Shown in pieces: positions 35,549 to 48,600 of a stretch of DNA of 58,416 nucleotides. The notes beneath the pieces are model-generated. The model made no database searches, was not told the DNA's origin, and saw nothing but the letters and a program-made list of their open reading frames with translations. The DNA comes from Perkinsus olseni (taxonomy: Eukaryota), in the NCBI GenBank assembly GCA_013115125.1, contig JABANN010000167.1:1-58416 (forward strand). Direction: 5' to 3'. Each line of letters opens with the position of its first letter. Position 1 is the first letter of the stretch. Position numbers and translations under genes: made by a program.

Positions 35549-38500
35549 ATGGCAATATGACGGCTGGTCAACTCCTGCAACTGTTACTGGCCACTTCTGT
35601 GAGACTCACCGCGCCACAAGATACGTCGGAGATCTCGGAGGAGGTTGTATGGCGCCTTAGGAAGACAGACGATACGCAGCTACAGTGGTTCGTTAGGGTA
35701 GGGGTGGCCCTTCACCTTCCGCAGTGGTCGGAACTACGCTGCGGCTCTCAGGAACTGCGGTGGTTCGGCGATCCCGACTGCGCTGGCGAGGAGCTGGTGA
35801 GGCTGTCGTAGATATTCCACTGTGTTATGGCCGTCTAAGATCATGATAGACCCTGGCACAGGACGGGAGGGGATTGCTTTCAGGAACCGATTCCCGAGAA
35901 TGAAACTGTCACGGGCTCCAATGTGGTAGCGTCTCACAACTTCTACGACGCCCCATTGACCAGAGATGGAGATCTCTCCACAGGCTGGCGGGCGAGCACA
36001 TGTGCCATCAGCTGCTTCATTGGCTATCAGTAAGGACCGACCGAAGTGCTCTCGGTTATACAACAGCAGTACCATAATCGCGACGCTGGATTTTATTCAC
36101 TTCACGGGGACTCGGCCTCGCGGAACCATTTAGCGCGTGCCTCCTAGTCAGCCTGATGCCAGGTTCCCTCCTTCAGTCAGTGTCCGCTGCCTCAAGCTGC
36201 TGCAAGGTGCTGACAAGTCTGAGTTGGCCTACTCAGCTCGCCTTGAGAGGAAACTTCAGGACGACGCTACTTACACACGGATACTCGACTTTGACTTCCT
36301 GTCTGGTGAGGAGGTATACGCCGCTCAACGCAGCCAGGACCACTCAATGTCCTCTGCGACATCTCTCGGGTGCATGCCACTGCAGCGGGGACGAGACTCG
36401 TTCCAGCTCGCCTGATGGTATCATTTCCAGCTACCGTCCTCACTCAGGCGACACTTGGATGAGACTCAACGAAGTATGGGTGTTCCCACCCAGTCGACGG
36501 AGATGGAGGATAGCTAACGTAGAGGCTGTGAGGGGTCCTTGGACCATAGTTGATCTGGTAAGTGCTCGCCAACCCTCCCGATAACGATCCGTCTCAGTGC
36601 CACAACGAGTTGACGCTGTCCGAGTATGTTGGAGCCTTAGGCGTTCTATGTCGACTCATCCTGTGAGGTAGACGCTACCCTATCAGTCAACGCCACGCCA
36701 ATGTCGAGCCCATTCAAAGCCACCAATGGCCCGGTGAGGGCATTCGATTGGTAACCAGGGGCCTCACCCTACCATTGAAGCATAGAGAGATGTAGCACGC
36801 CGTCAGACTGCGATCAGGAATCCATCCACTGAGTGGACTGCCGAATGTGTGACGGCCGAATGTGGAAGGAACGAGGCTTGGATTGGGCTGCAGTTCGAAG
36901 CCGAGATGCGTGAGGGGACCTGAGCGGATCCCGTTACATAGACCGAGGCCATCGTCAGCTCTGATCGAGTGTGTGAAGATGCAGCAGCAGGCAGGGGATG
37001 ACACCTACGTATCATCGGTCGTATTACAGTACTTATCGGGGGAAACGGAATGGTCGACCATGGCCAGGTGCGTCATCAACACTCAACGTCGTGTGTGTTG
37101 TTCTATTGGCCTACCTTATGCTGCATGGTCTGCATGAGTGACGGGTTGCAGATACGATGGCCTCTTCGGTGGCACTCGACTGGTGTTGTCTCCAATGCTG
37201 CCACAGAGCTCGTGGAGGTTGACCGCAGCACAAGTAGTAGTGCAGTCGATAAAGGGCTGAACTATCGGGTCGATGGCTGCGTGTCAGACTATGAATCGCC
37301 AATGGGATATCCGCGAGCTGGAGCTGTATGGTGATGCCGAGTGTACGGAGGCGCTCCATCCGGTGCAGCACGACGGAGGCTACAGTCTGGCTGCACGCCT
37401 TGATCAGGGTCTTGTAAGTGGCCACTAGCGAGCTCGGCTAGCTCGGGACTGCAGGTGCGGGACATAGCCATTATCGCCTCGTCTCACGGTGGATCAAGAC
37501 GACCGACTTATGCCTTTGATGGCGTCACTGATGATCCTACCAAGTCGTGGAGGAGTCGTTGCTCTTCGTGCTACGAAGGGGAAGCGTGAGGCTGCCTCTG
37601 AGAGAGAGCAGCTGATGGGCATGCAGGTATATTGGCCTGCGGTGGATATCAGCAACGCCACCAGTTGTGGCTTGTGTGAGAGCCTTCTTCAGTCCCCAGT
37701 ATTCTGTAGGGAGAGCGGCAATCGAGTACATCGGCACTGTGCGATGGGAGACAGCGTAGTGACGATGACGTCATTCAGGCTGGGCTGCCTCATACCACTG
37801 AAGCAGGTACTCGTTTGATCTACTCAGTGGGGGCTCATGGCTGAGTTTGACATACGGTGGGCAGATGCCGTTCCCAGGGGTGTGGTGCTGATGGAACGTA
37901 GGGGATTCCATCGTTCTCTGATCTTAGGTCTTGCGCGTGTATCCAAACTACAATTCAACGATATGGCGTCTGAGGAGCAGAGGCTGGGGGCTCATCGCCT
38001 GTGGTTCTGATCTCACAGAGGGCTGCCCAGTCTGGCGAGTTGAGATGTAGAAAGCTTTTTGGCGGAGGACGATTCATTGCTGCCGTTGAGTAGCCTTGTC
38101 CCTTGGAACGACCAGGTACGCGAATCCGGAGTGTAGGGGAGATCCCGTTCAGGGCCAGCCAGTCTCCTCACCGGGGGTTGCGGGTGAGGAGAGTTCGAAT
38201 GCTCTCAGAGACTCCGAGCGGAACCCTATTCCCATGTAGGTGAACGCGAGGACCCGTACCTGGTCCACGATGGCCGTGACGAAACAGGGTGGTTGGCGAG
38301 CCTACCGTACTACGATGACTATGCAGGATCGTAAGAGAGTATCCTTGGGGATCGTGGTGTGCGGTAGACTTGAACCACAACTCTACTGCCTCTAGGTACG
38401 AAGATGAGATACGCGGGACAGCACCGACCCCGCGGCCTTTTGATGTTGGTATCTACGGATGTCCGCTCTCTTGTCAACCTAACTTTTCAGGATAAGAGCC

Positions 38501-41500
38501 AGGTTCCCTGGATAGGGTTAGTCACAGACAGCACCATACGCTGTGTAAGTCCCGCGGATACGCACGAGTATTAACGTGATGATGGAGTTAGTTGGCCACG
38601 CCAGTTGGTGATTTAGCTCTGCCGCCTGGGAGGGCTGATATGCTCAGGTCCGTGTGTACGAATCAACGAAGGCCGGTGCTCTATTCCCGGAAGCCGCACA
38701 TGAGGGGGACCTGATGAATGAGATTGTCCTTGAGCGGTTACTTGCATGGAGGTCCGCGATTCAGTGGGAGGCGACCATGAATCTTAGGTAGGGCCTTGGA
38801 ATTCATCGGGCATTCATTGGTCTCCACACGCAGGCGACGGTTAAATCACGGTTGATACTTTTGACAGCTTCATGCTTCAGCCGTGTGCTTTCTAACTCGC
38901 CGGCTCTGCGATGGCTAGTAGTCGCAAGTCCAAAGCTTGATCTTCTAGGAACCGTTCCATCACGATCAGGTATGACCATCGCTGGTGTGCATCGTCCGGA
39001 GCATGTTCCTGGGCTGATAAAAGTGAGCCGAGGCTTTCGAATCTATTCGACGTAGTCGGACTGACTACGACATTCCTCCCTACTCCAAAATAGCAGTCTC
39101 CGGCACGGACTCCGGCGTGCCGACAGGCATCGGCTGGGGCCTTCAAATAGCTTGTAAGAAGTCTTTACTTTAGCTAGCACCCGCTAGAGATGTATCAATC
39201 CGGGTTACGCCTGATACATCCGAGTCATCTCATACAACTTGATAATGTGTAACCCTATCATGCATATTCGATCCTATTCATGGGCTGAATACTATTGCGG
39301 TCATTTTTGTTGTTATTCGACGTCCTATTGAAAGGAGACTGCAGGGAAGTCTTCTCGATGAGTTGGAAGCTGCTGTTCCAAATGAATCTGCACATGAGAG
39401 TATTCCATCAACCGGAATCGTTGGTTGAATGGGAGATGGTCATTCAATTATGCAGGGGAAGTGATGAGGATACGAAGATGCGGCGAGGAAAGCAGAAGTT
39501 CGTATCTGCCGACCTAATAGGTCATCAGCTGAATAGTATCCAGCTGATGACCAAAACCCAAGGAGTCGCACAACTTCACAGTCTTACTGAAGGGCTCGTG
39601 GTTGTGGAAGCTTCACACTCAGAAAGATCGGCGCACAAAGCAACCGAGGACTTGTTCCGTGGTCTCAGCTCCGAACTCTGCTTGAAACGAGGTGCACCGG
39701 TAATGATCATCAGCAATCTGTCGGTCTCCACGGGGTTAATGAATGGAGCCACGGGCACCGTGGTGAGCAGGTCGTTGGATTCTTCATCTATCTCACCCTT
39801 GGGACGTGCATCGAGATGGGAACGAGTTTCGAGTTCACGCTAGAATTCCACTTCAAATACCTGGGAAGAGTGAGAGTGGTCATCGACAAAAAATTTAAAC
39901 CGTTTTGGTGGCAAAAAGATGCAATTTGGTTGCTTCGTATTGCTGCTGAACGCTATCTCGAAGAAGTACTTCAGACTGCTGCACACATTTTGCATTGTTT
40001 CGATATAGGAGGAAACCAGAAAGCACCCGGAGACAGCAGCTGGTACACCGGATCCCATCTTCCCGGTCTGAGATCCGACGATAAGCCGCTTATCATAAGC
40101 GGCATATTATGCCTAGCCGCTGAATCCAACGTTAACTTCCGCGAGTTCTGGATCAGGTGGAGAGCTTGTCGACGATATCGGACAGAGTTGTGAACGCTCA
40201 ATGAGCATCCCTTGTCCCTATTAGGTCTGATAGGCTATTAGCTATCAGTAATAGCTCTTTGGCTTCTGACCGACACTCGTATCGGCTGCCACAGCATCTC
40301 GTCCTGTTGGAAGTACCCGAGGGCATCTCGGAGGGTTTTTAGGGAGTTGCGTTCGCTTGTGAGTGATCAATGCTGGCTTGCGGGTCAGCATAGCCGGGGA
40401 AAGCGAACCTCCGTGCACAGGCTGTAATCGGGAGTTATCTGGTAAAGCTCACGCGCGGTTTCGTAAGAAATGGCTCAAGGTTCGTCTGAACTTCAGGCCG
40501 GGTTGTGCTGGGATGGGGTTGGCAAACAAAGTGGCGGATCCGAAGATTGGACATCACGAATCATCCATCAGCTGCGATGTGGCAGGTTAGCACGTTCCAC
40601 GGGCATCCTATGAGCTGCCTAGGGCACGAAGCATGGTTGGCGCTCTCTAGGTTAACGAAGTCTCATTCCACCGAGACTCCAAGTGTGAGGGCCGCTTCAT
40701 CAGCAAGAACGATGATCCAGAGCCAGCAGTTATCGTCAGTTCGCACAGAGCTGACGGTCCATATGCGGGGTGAGCCCGGCACGCACCCTCTGTGAATCTG
40801 ATGGGCAGGCTGTGCTCTCTCTCATTCACTCGTCGAAGGGCTTTATACCGGTGGGAACTTTCGAGATCAGTCCCACTCGGCAACAGATACCGAGCGTTTG
40901 ATCTCAACCCTGATACGTTCTGGCAGCCGGCAGCCGATGACTATAATCCATGGATTGGCATCATGTTTACCGCTGTTGATGGGGCGAGTAGGGAGGCACG
41001 ACCAGGCCCAGGGTCGTTGCGGTTCCTCCTTGAGGCAGGTCTCGACTCTGGCATTTTCTGCTAATGCTATCAGATTCTTCCCGTGAGGTTAAGTGCGTGC
41101 GCATCCTACAACCTGCCGAGGTGAAGAATGTCGCCATGTCTGTCGTGTTGGAGACTTCCGAACCGAACAATCAAGGTTGGCTACAGGTAGAACCGCCCGA
41201 GGCTTGGTCGTCAACGCTCTCCCCTCCCTGGCCCAGGTTCGGGTTTTCCACTTTCTCTCTGGCGGGATGTGGTCCGGACTCACAGAGACGGCTGCGAAGC
41301 CACCGCAGAACACCAGATGGCGGATAGTCAATACCGCTCCTCTCGGAAAGCGACTGTAAGTGGTGGAGGACTTTCCATCGTCTACTTCGGTTGAGGCGTA
41401 CACAGTCAGTTGTGCCACTGTCGTTCTTCCATATCTGTACTTCCAACCGCATCACCATCTGCTTCTTTCGAGGTGGACCTCCACTCAAAGTAGAGTATCC

Positions 41501-42250
41501 TGATTCTTACAGGCTATGGAAGGTGTATGATATTCGTCTATACAACTCGGAGCAGTGTACCGACCAGAGTCGGATACCCACGACCAGCGCCTTCGGTGTC
41601 ACAGCCATTGCCAGCGGGTAGATAGTAACTGCCTCTGGATCCTACTCGAGTCCATCTCGCTTTAGCTATACCGCCGACAACCCGCCACAGTATGCCTTTG
41701 ATGCTGATGGTTTGACCACGGCTTGGTGGGCTCCCTGCGACTATTGTGGTGAGAATCCCTTCGTCGCTCCTATGTGCCAGGGTCAAGAACCAGCATTGTG
41801 AATTCTAGTATCTAACGGGAAGGGACTTCCCCTGGGCTCAGAAGCACGGGCTGAGGCCGTCAGTCTGACAGCCTACAATGGACTTCTGTTTTATCGTCGG
41901 GTCTTCCTGGTGACGTCGTAAGTCCAGGTACAGCCGACGCCTGGATCGGTGTCCAGTTCGACCCGGACAGGCTGCCCGCAGGAGGTATCGACATCCAGTG
42001 TGTGACCATAGGGGCTAACGCTCTGGTCGAGGAGCTCCTCTGGGCCTTGCAGGTAGCATCGGTCTGCGAGTGTCTGCTGCCCTATGTTCCCCCTCAGGTG
42101 TACGATCCTGTGTCGGAAGCTTGCCTCGAGAACCCAGGTGCTAGGGAATGCTGGAGGAATGTAGGAGGGTTGCTCACCCTCTGGCCTGCGGGATAGCGTC
42201 ACTCGCCAGGACGCTTACCGGCTCGCTATTAAGTTCGAGTATCGGCCTCA
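35549..42250 (+). CDS. Large extracellular protein with repeated discoidin/F5-8 type C (galactose-binding-like) domains, multi-exon
   Basis: Signal-like start (MTAGQLLQLLLATSVRLTA) and a recurring module WR[IL]...W.[VI].[ED][LI].....C...A.ASG...AFD[GL]....W...C..C...WIG..F....[VI].CV.I. Examples: TYAFDGVTDDPTKSWRSRCSSC; YRAFDLNPDTFWQPAADDYNPWIGIMF...VKCVRILQ; WKVYDIRLYNSEQC...QYAFDADGLTTAWWAPCDYC...IGVQF...IQCVTIG. Confidence 0.65.
39295..39770 (+). pseudogene. PIF1-family helicase fragment (possible Helitron/TE relic) within a long intron
   Basis: GLSSELCLKRGAPVMIISNLSVSTGLMNGATGTVV is the characteristic PIF1 2B/motif region. Walker A/B and motifs V-VI are not seen nearby. Confidence 0.7.
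39816..40193 (+). other. ORF with a histone H3-like fold segment
   Basis: FKYLGRVRVVIDKKFKPFWWQKDAIWLLRIAAERYLEEVLQTAAHILH aligns by eye with H3 [47 protein letters not shown]. Confidence 0.35.
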
Positions 42251-42319
42251 GGTCGACGTCACGCGTCAGACATGCTCCCCGGGGGCGTCGGACACCACCG
42301 ATCCTGACTGTGCTACTGA

Positions 42320-45268
42320 GGTTGTATACGTCACCACCCCGATGCCAGAGTCTCGAGACAACCCCTTGGAGATGCTGGTAATGGCGGCCTTGGTCGTGGC
42401 CACGGCTACTGCCTCCTCAGGTGCTGGTCATATCGGCTATCCTATCCCCAATAGCAACAGCCATCGCCCTCTTGTCGTGCTGTCATACCATGCTAATGGT
42501 AGTAGGTGGCGCTTCTACGAGGCTGGCATGGTGAACTCTCAGGTGCCGGACGAGGATAAGAGGGAGATGAGCGAGCTAACACAGTGGAAGACAGCTCGAA
42601 TCACCATAGCCCTCGTAGCTGGCCTGTTCTACGCCATCGTAAGTCCCGACGTCCCCAGTCTTCAACTCCTCCTCAAGCAGGTCCACGCTGCCTGGTTGCT
42701 GATTACTCTTCTAGTCAGCGGCCTCATCTTGGTCGCCGTCTTCGCAGTAGGCTTGGTGGCGTCAATCAGGATGGAACGTTGGGCCTCCACTGACTATCAC
42801 CTCTACCGGACCTCCCTGCCCCAGTCCCGCGACTTTTGGTAGTGCCCTTTTCGAGGCCGATTGTCGACCATGCTCCTCCCAGGTTTCAGTCGCTCCTCAT
42901 GCTAGCTCTGTTCACTCTCATCAACATCGTCTCATCTCTGTTCGACCTCGCCTGCGTGCGATATGTCCTCACCATTCTTGGCCTCTGCTTATTCGGTCAT
43001 GATGGCTGCCGAGAGCCGATCCCCCTGGTGAGTAGGCAATGGTCGCTGGGCGCACCAGGCCACCAGCGTGAGCTTCTATCGCTCTCCCAGTATCGCAGTC
43101 TGTCCCGAGGCAAGGAGCTATTTCCAGGTCCCAACTTATCTCTATTCTACTATACCCGGGTCCCTGGGAGGATGGCTGCTGGCGGCCCTACGCGGCAGCT
43201 CCTATAAATGCGCAGGGACCTCGTTGATAGTGTCTTCGATTATGACAACAACGACGGGAGCGATGCTTTGGGTGAGGACCCGTCGCGGAGTGTTTTTCTC
43301 TTGTGGTGGAGGCGCTGTGCAGTATTGGCTTCCGTTGTTCCCGGCAGAGGTGAGCCCCCTGAAATCCCGCAGGCCATTACGACCCTGGACATCCTGGGCC
43401 TGGTCGAGTGTGCACGGTATGCTGCATTGGTCCACCGCAAGTGGCTGACATGGACTAAGCTGTCTTTGACCAAAGGAGTGAGTCTGTCGACAGTCTGCCC
43501 GCCTATCGTTACGGCATAGGTGCTGACGGCCAGCTGCCAAGTCCTGTGCCTCGCCTCGGTCACATCTCTGAAGCTCCTATTGGATCCCACTGAGCAGCTT
43601 TTCCACGAGACCTCTGGTTGCGACCAGGTGACGAGCCATGCCGACGTGACAGATGTTAGCTGAAGTGCCTTCATATCTACGACGAGTATTCTCGTGTGTA
43701 TCATCACAGCTCGTAGGCGGCAGGGAGTTGCGGTGGATTGGCCATCAGGTTGATCATCGTCACGAGGACCCTCCCATAGCATCGCATGCTCCCTTCATGA
43801 CTTGGGTCTTCGGCCAAAGTTTGGCTTGGGTCGCGGTGTGCTTCGTTCTGCTCACGGGCGTTGCTCTTAATGTCACTGGTCAACACTTCGCCGCCGGTCA
43901 GTGTTGGGAGCTCCGAGTCGTGCTAAGACCTTTCCCCTTAGCAGGACTTGACGAGCATCTAGAGGGTATTTTGAAGATGGAGGGCCTCGGCACTCTAGAG
44001 CAGGGAGTGATGGATGCAGACAGTGACACAGGATCTGTCTACTTCCGGGACTACGAGGAGGCGAGGGAGCGAGGTGACAACTCTAGGACTGCCTGGCTTG
44101 GGATCGGTTGCTAGGTATCCGAGACTATGGTGCATTGCTGTTGGGCTGTTGGTGGAGGTGCAAGTACAGGATGAGAGGATGGCTCAGCTTCGGCTGGGTA
44201 GTACTGGTTGCCGACCGATGGCCATGCGATGAGGGCATGCTTGTCTTATAGAGAAGCACCTAGACTGTATCAGGTCTGCATTGGTAGATGGACCCACACT
44301 GCCAGGGGTCGAGGCTTTCAAGTGGCTAGTCGCGCCGACTACTACAGTCGGGTTTTCCTGCCTCTATTCCAGCAGCCTCCACAACCAACCATGGCGGTAC
44401 CCTCCACTCCGACTTCGCCGTACTCGCCTTCTGCCTTGGCAGCAGGTACAACGAGCTACGTCCCAGAGTATCAGTCTTGGCCTACAGGCGCTTCCGTTGG
44501 GGATCATATTAGGGAAAATGGCTCAGTATTGTGTGCTCTCCTGTCCCCCCTTGTTACATTCCCCATTCCGTGCACTGTTGTCCCGTACTCACAAAGGGGG
44601 GCGCAGTCTGCTAGTTAGATACGCGAATCCTCTCCCAGTTCGAGACGTTCTGGACGATGTTGATGTTAGTAAGCTCGATGGCGTGGAGGGGGGAGATGTC
44701 GACACCGTGAGAAGCCTGCTCGGGAAGGTGATGATGATTACGGCCTTCCGGAGTCCTCACTGCTGCTACTGTAGGTGCACAGTCTCGGTCGAGCCATGAA
44801 GATTTGCAGCCAAGCTAGAGGTGGACTGATCATTTTCATTGCTTTCTTCAGTGGGTCTGAATTGTCGCATCTGAGGTTGACTCTGGTCCGATTCAGGTGG
44901 TCCGGATATTCGTGTGCTGTTTCCGGTGACGGGCTTGGTGATTCTGTTGGTGCTCTGTCTGATGGAGTCCTTATTGCAGGGAGTACTGATGATGCCAGCG
45001 CCAGGATTCGAACCGGGGACCAGTGGGTGTTCAGGTGCATTTGGTCATATACTCCTACGAGCTTTCTTACCAAGTGATCGCTGAGCAACTGCATGTAGGG
45101 AGCGATGTTCATGACGGAGAAACCCTATTTGAAGAGGAGGCCCAGGATGAGGAGGAGCTCCGCTTCCAGCAGACCAGGTCGAAGCTCGCTAAGACCCTCA
45201 CCAATCTGTTCAGTCGGGGCAAGTGTAATACGGAAGCCACTAGTGCTCGTATTGGGTCCCCGAGTTGA
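42320..45268 (+). CDS. Multi-pass membrane region, probably the C-terminal part of the discoidin-repeat gene
   Basis: Many hydrophobic exons (MLVMAALVVATATA; ARITIALVAGLFYAI; AAWLLITLLVSGLILVAVFAVGLV; SLLMLALFTLINIVSSLF; SLAWVAVCFVLLTGVAL; GGLIIFIAFF). The exon begins VVYVTTPMPESRD directly after a splice acceptor. Confidence 0.55.
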
Positions 45269-45637
45269 CGACCATCGGTAGTACTGCTGGTATACTCAGC
45301 GCATGGAGGTGAGGGCGTAGAGATGGCACGGAGGAACCCGAGTAGAGTGGCAGCGACACCACTAGGACTGCGGCATGAGGGTTCTGGTGAGAGCACTGGT
45401 ACCTCGGTCAAGAGGGGGGTCAAGAAGGTGAGCTGGCCGCTCTTGAGCCGCCGCGTATTCCCGCCTTCAGAGGACTGCCAAGGGTTCTGCGGTGAGGCCC
45501 TTCGGCAGCGGGGGCTCCCTTCACTAGGCAGTTCGTGGTAGCATGTTATTGCCGTGTTTCCTCTCTGGTGGTCTACTGCTTGTGTTGATCCAAGGGTCCT
45601 GCTGTTGGCGATGAATACGTGCTGTCTGTGAGTTATA

Positions 45638-48600
45638 ATGAATCGTTTATTAGCAGTATCAAGTATGGTTACATCAAGTTTGTCTGCGATCACCAGTGCT
45701 GTAGTGAAGGGAGCTGTTGCCGCGGCCCCTCCTATGAAGGTCTCTACCTGTGACCAGATGAGGCGGTGTGACAAGAACGCCACTGACAAGTAGTAGTATG
45801 CCCTCTTGTCGCCACGCCCGCGTTGAGGTCTTCTGCGTTGGCAAGGCGTGTGTGGTGACGCTTGCAGCGCCATCGCGCGGCTTGTGTTAGGTACAGCATT
45901 CCCTCGGCGTTGTTGATGGAGAATGCTGGCATCACGAGCTATCGCTGTCTCACCGAGCTTCTACCCAACAGTCGGATGACGCCGCAGACCAAGGTCCTGG
46001 TCGTGTGTGGACCAGGTACTAATGGCCGGACTCGTGTCGGCTCGGTAGGTTTCTTTTTCTGAGCAGGGAATAATGGTGGTGACGGTTTTGTGGTTGCACG
46101 GTACGTCCATAGTAATGGAGGCCAAGTGAGGGTGATTCTGTTGAACAGCAGAGAGAAGTATGATTGAGAGCTCTTGCAATCTTGCATTTCCTCAGCCCTA
46201 GTTCACAGGTACCATGGAGATGCCAGCACTAATCTTAATATTGTGGACTGCATTCCTGGCATACCTGTCGAAATCGCGACCACTGAGGAGGCCATCAGCG
46301 CGGCAGTCGACTGGGCTGATGTTCTCGTTGATGGTATCTTTGGCACCGGTCTAGGTCGGGTCGTGGACCCTAGTAGCCCATTCGGTATGGCAATAGCAGC
46401 CGTTAACAGAGCGAAGAAGCCAGTAGGCTAGTGGCGCATGGCGAGACGTCGTTGACCACCTCTTCTTGCAGGTCATGTCGCTGGACATACCCTCGGGTGT
46501 CAACGGCGACTCTGGCCGAATCATGGGAGATCAGGCGGTAAGGCATGCATGCTGCTATATTGGGTTGTATTTCGTGGCGCGCGGTAGTTGTGTATTTAAG
46601 ATCTCCCTGTTCTAAGGTCCACGCTACAGCAACAGCCACATTCGGTTTGGTGAAGGTTGGCAATCTGGTCTACCCCGGTCGGGAGATGTGCGGGAACTTG
46701 ACGGTCACCCACATTGGGTATCCTCCTGAACTGTAGGCTATCTGGAGGACTATCGTTCGGGTGCAGCAGAGGGGGTTCGTTGTAGGTATGCTGACTTGGA
46801 TACTTATGTTAACTACTTCCCTCCACTACCCGCACGGAGCCCAGCTGGTCACAAGGGATCCTTCGGCAAGTGAGCAGGGAGAGGCTAGCACGAGTTAGAT
46901 AAAAAACCCTGATGTCGATACTTATTGTTGGCTCGCTGCGAATGATGGTGGATTCTCTGTTGTCTCGCAGTGGAATAGCCTACCTCGGTCACTCTCGGCC
47001 CTTGGTTGATCACCGGGTTGGGACATTACGCGCTCAGCTACAGGGCCTGAGGCCAACTGCTTGGAATCCGTTCGTCACCGGTCTGGGAAGGCATAGAGAG
47101 GTTTACCCAGATGTTGTGTGGTTTCAGAGCCCTGTTCGTGGCCGGTGCAGAAGGATACTATGGAGCGCCCATGCTCAGCAGCTACAGCTTCCTCAAGGCT
47201 GGCGGAGGGTACAGCAGACTGGCTACTGTCAAGAGCATCGTAATAATGCCGGCGTGACGGTGGAGTGTATCTTGGACTCGGATCATGTTAGATCCCCGTG
47301 ATCGCTGCTGAGGCGCCCTCTATAGTCTTCCACGAGCTTGAGAGCACCAGTGCCGGTAAGTCCAGTTGCCTTCGGTGATTGCCAGAGTTGGGTGCCCTTC
47401 AGGTAGCATCAGCAGCGATAATTACGACCGTGTCTTCAAGATGGCCCAACACCTCGCTGACATGGTCGTGGTGGGTCCTGGTGTCTCCACTAACGGGGAC
47501 ACTGCTAGACTGGTGCGAGCTCTCGTCCTCAGTAAGGCGGGTGCCAGACGTGCAATTTTGTGGCGCGTGACGATTATCTTCGTCAGGTTCGGAGAAGCCT
47601 ATGGTGATTGACGGTGACGGTCTTACTGCTATCTCGGCTGCTCCTGTCGATTCGACGGACATCTTCTCAACGGCATCTCAGCTCCTTCAGGAGCGTCATC
47701 GGAAACAGCTGGTAAGTCTGAGGTGGGGTACTCGACGGATGCTCGTCTACTGAGCCTTCGCGGAGATGGAACGCTTTTCGGATTTTGTTGTTGTATCGGG
47801 TAACGATGGTATCTCCGAACTCACGCTCAGAAAGTTCTCAGTGGGGCCTTCCTCCGTGGAGAGCTGATCGCAATGTATGATGGTGGTGGTGGGATGAATC
47901 AGCCTGTTTTCTCAGCCACCAGTGGTCCTCACGCCTCACTTGGCCGAGCTTAGCCGTTTGACTGGCATCTCAATGGGGGAGCTCACGGATGGGTCTCGAA
48001 GCCTGCTCGAGGTGGGTGTTCAATCGTCATCATCACCGCATCAGCGTAGCAAAGTCGGCTATTAGGTTGGCCGAGAGCTTGCGCAGAAGACCAATGCTGT
48101 CGTCGTTGTTAAAGGAGCGACCTCCATGATCTGCGAGCCCTCAGGTGCCGGCTATCCTTGTCCCCTTGTCCGTCCATTCGAGTGTTTCTGGTCAGGTCGG
48201 GTTAGGATGAATCTGTCGGGCAACAGCGGAATGGGTACAGCCGGAAGTGGCGATGTTCTCAGTGGCCTGATCCCTGCCATGTAAGAATGGTATTGCCAGC
48301 AGTGGAGGTCACTCGCTGCCTTGGTAGGTACGCTGCGTACGGCCATGAAGTTGATAGTCTCGGTGATGCTGTGGCAGCTGCTGTGTTCCTGCATGGTGTT
48401 GCGGGCGATATTGCAGCCATCAACCTCCGAGGGGAGGATGGTAAGTTGCTGCAGTGTCACTTCTCTCGTCCTCTACGCGTGTGACGGGTGCAAGGGAGGA
48501 GGGCCCTGCTGGGGCTGATCTGAGTTCTTCAGGCGTGACGGCGTCCGACATCATGAATGCTGTTCCAGAGGCCGTGTCGTATGTGCGAGGCGAGAGTGCC

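Noticed and set aside
40468-40484. TGGCTCAAGGT resembles the 3' end of the dinoflagellate/Perkinsus spliced leader plus GT donor
   Set aside because: Only 9 leader nucleotides match; the upstream CCGTAGCCAT part is absent.
45109-45873. 254-aa minus-strand ORF
   Set aside because: Overlaps plus-strand exons of two genes, including the start of nnr, and has no recognisable motif.
46870-47915. TPP riboswitch in the long introns
   Set aside because: Conserved CUGAGA and downstream core elements not found in the right arrangement.
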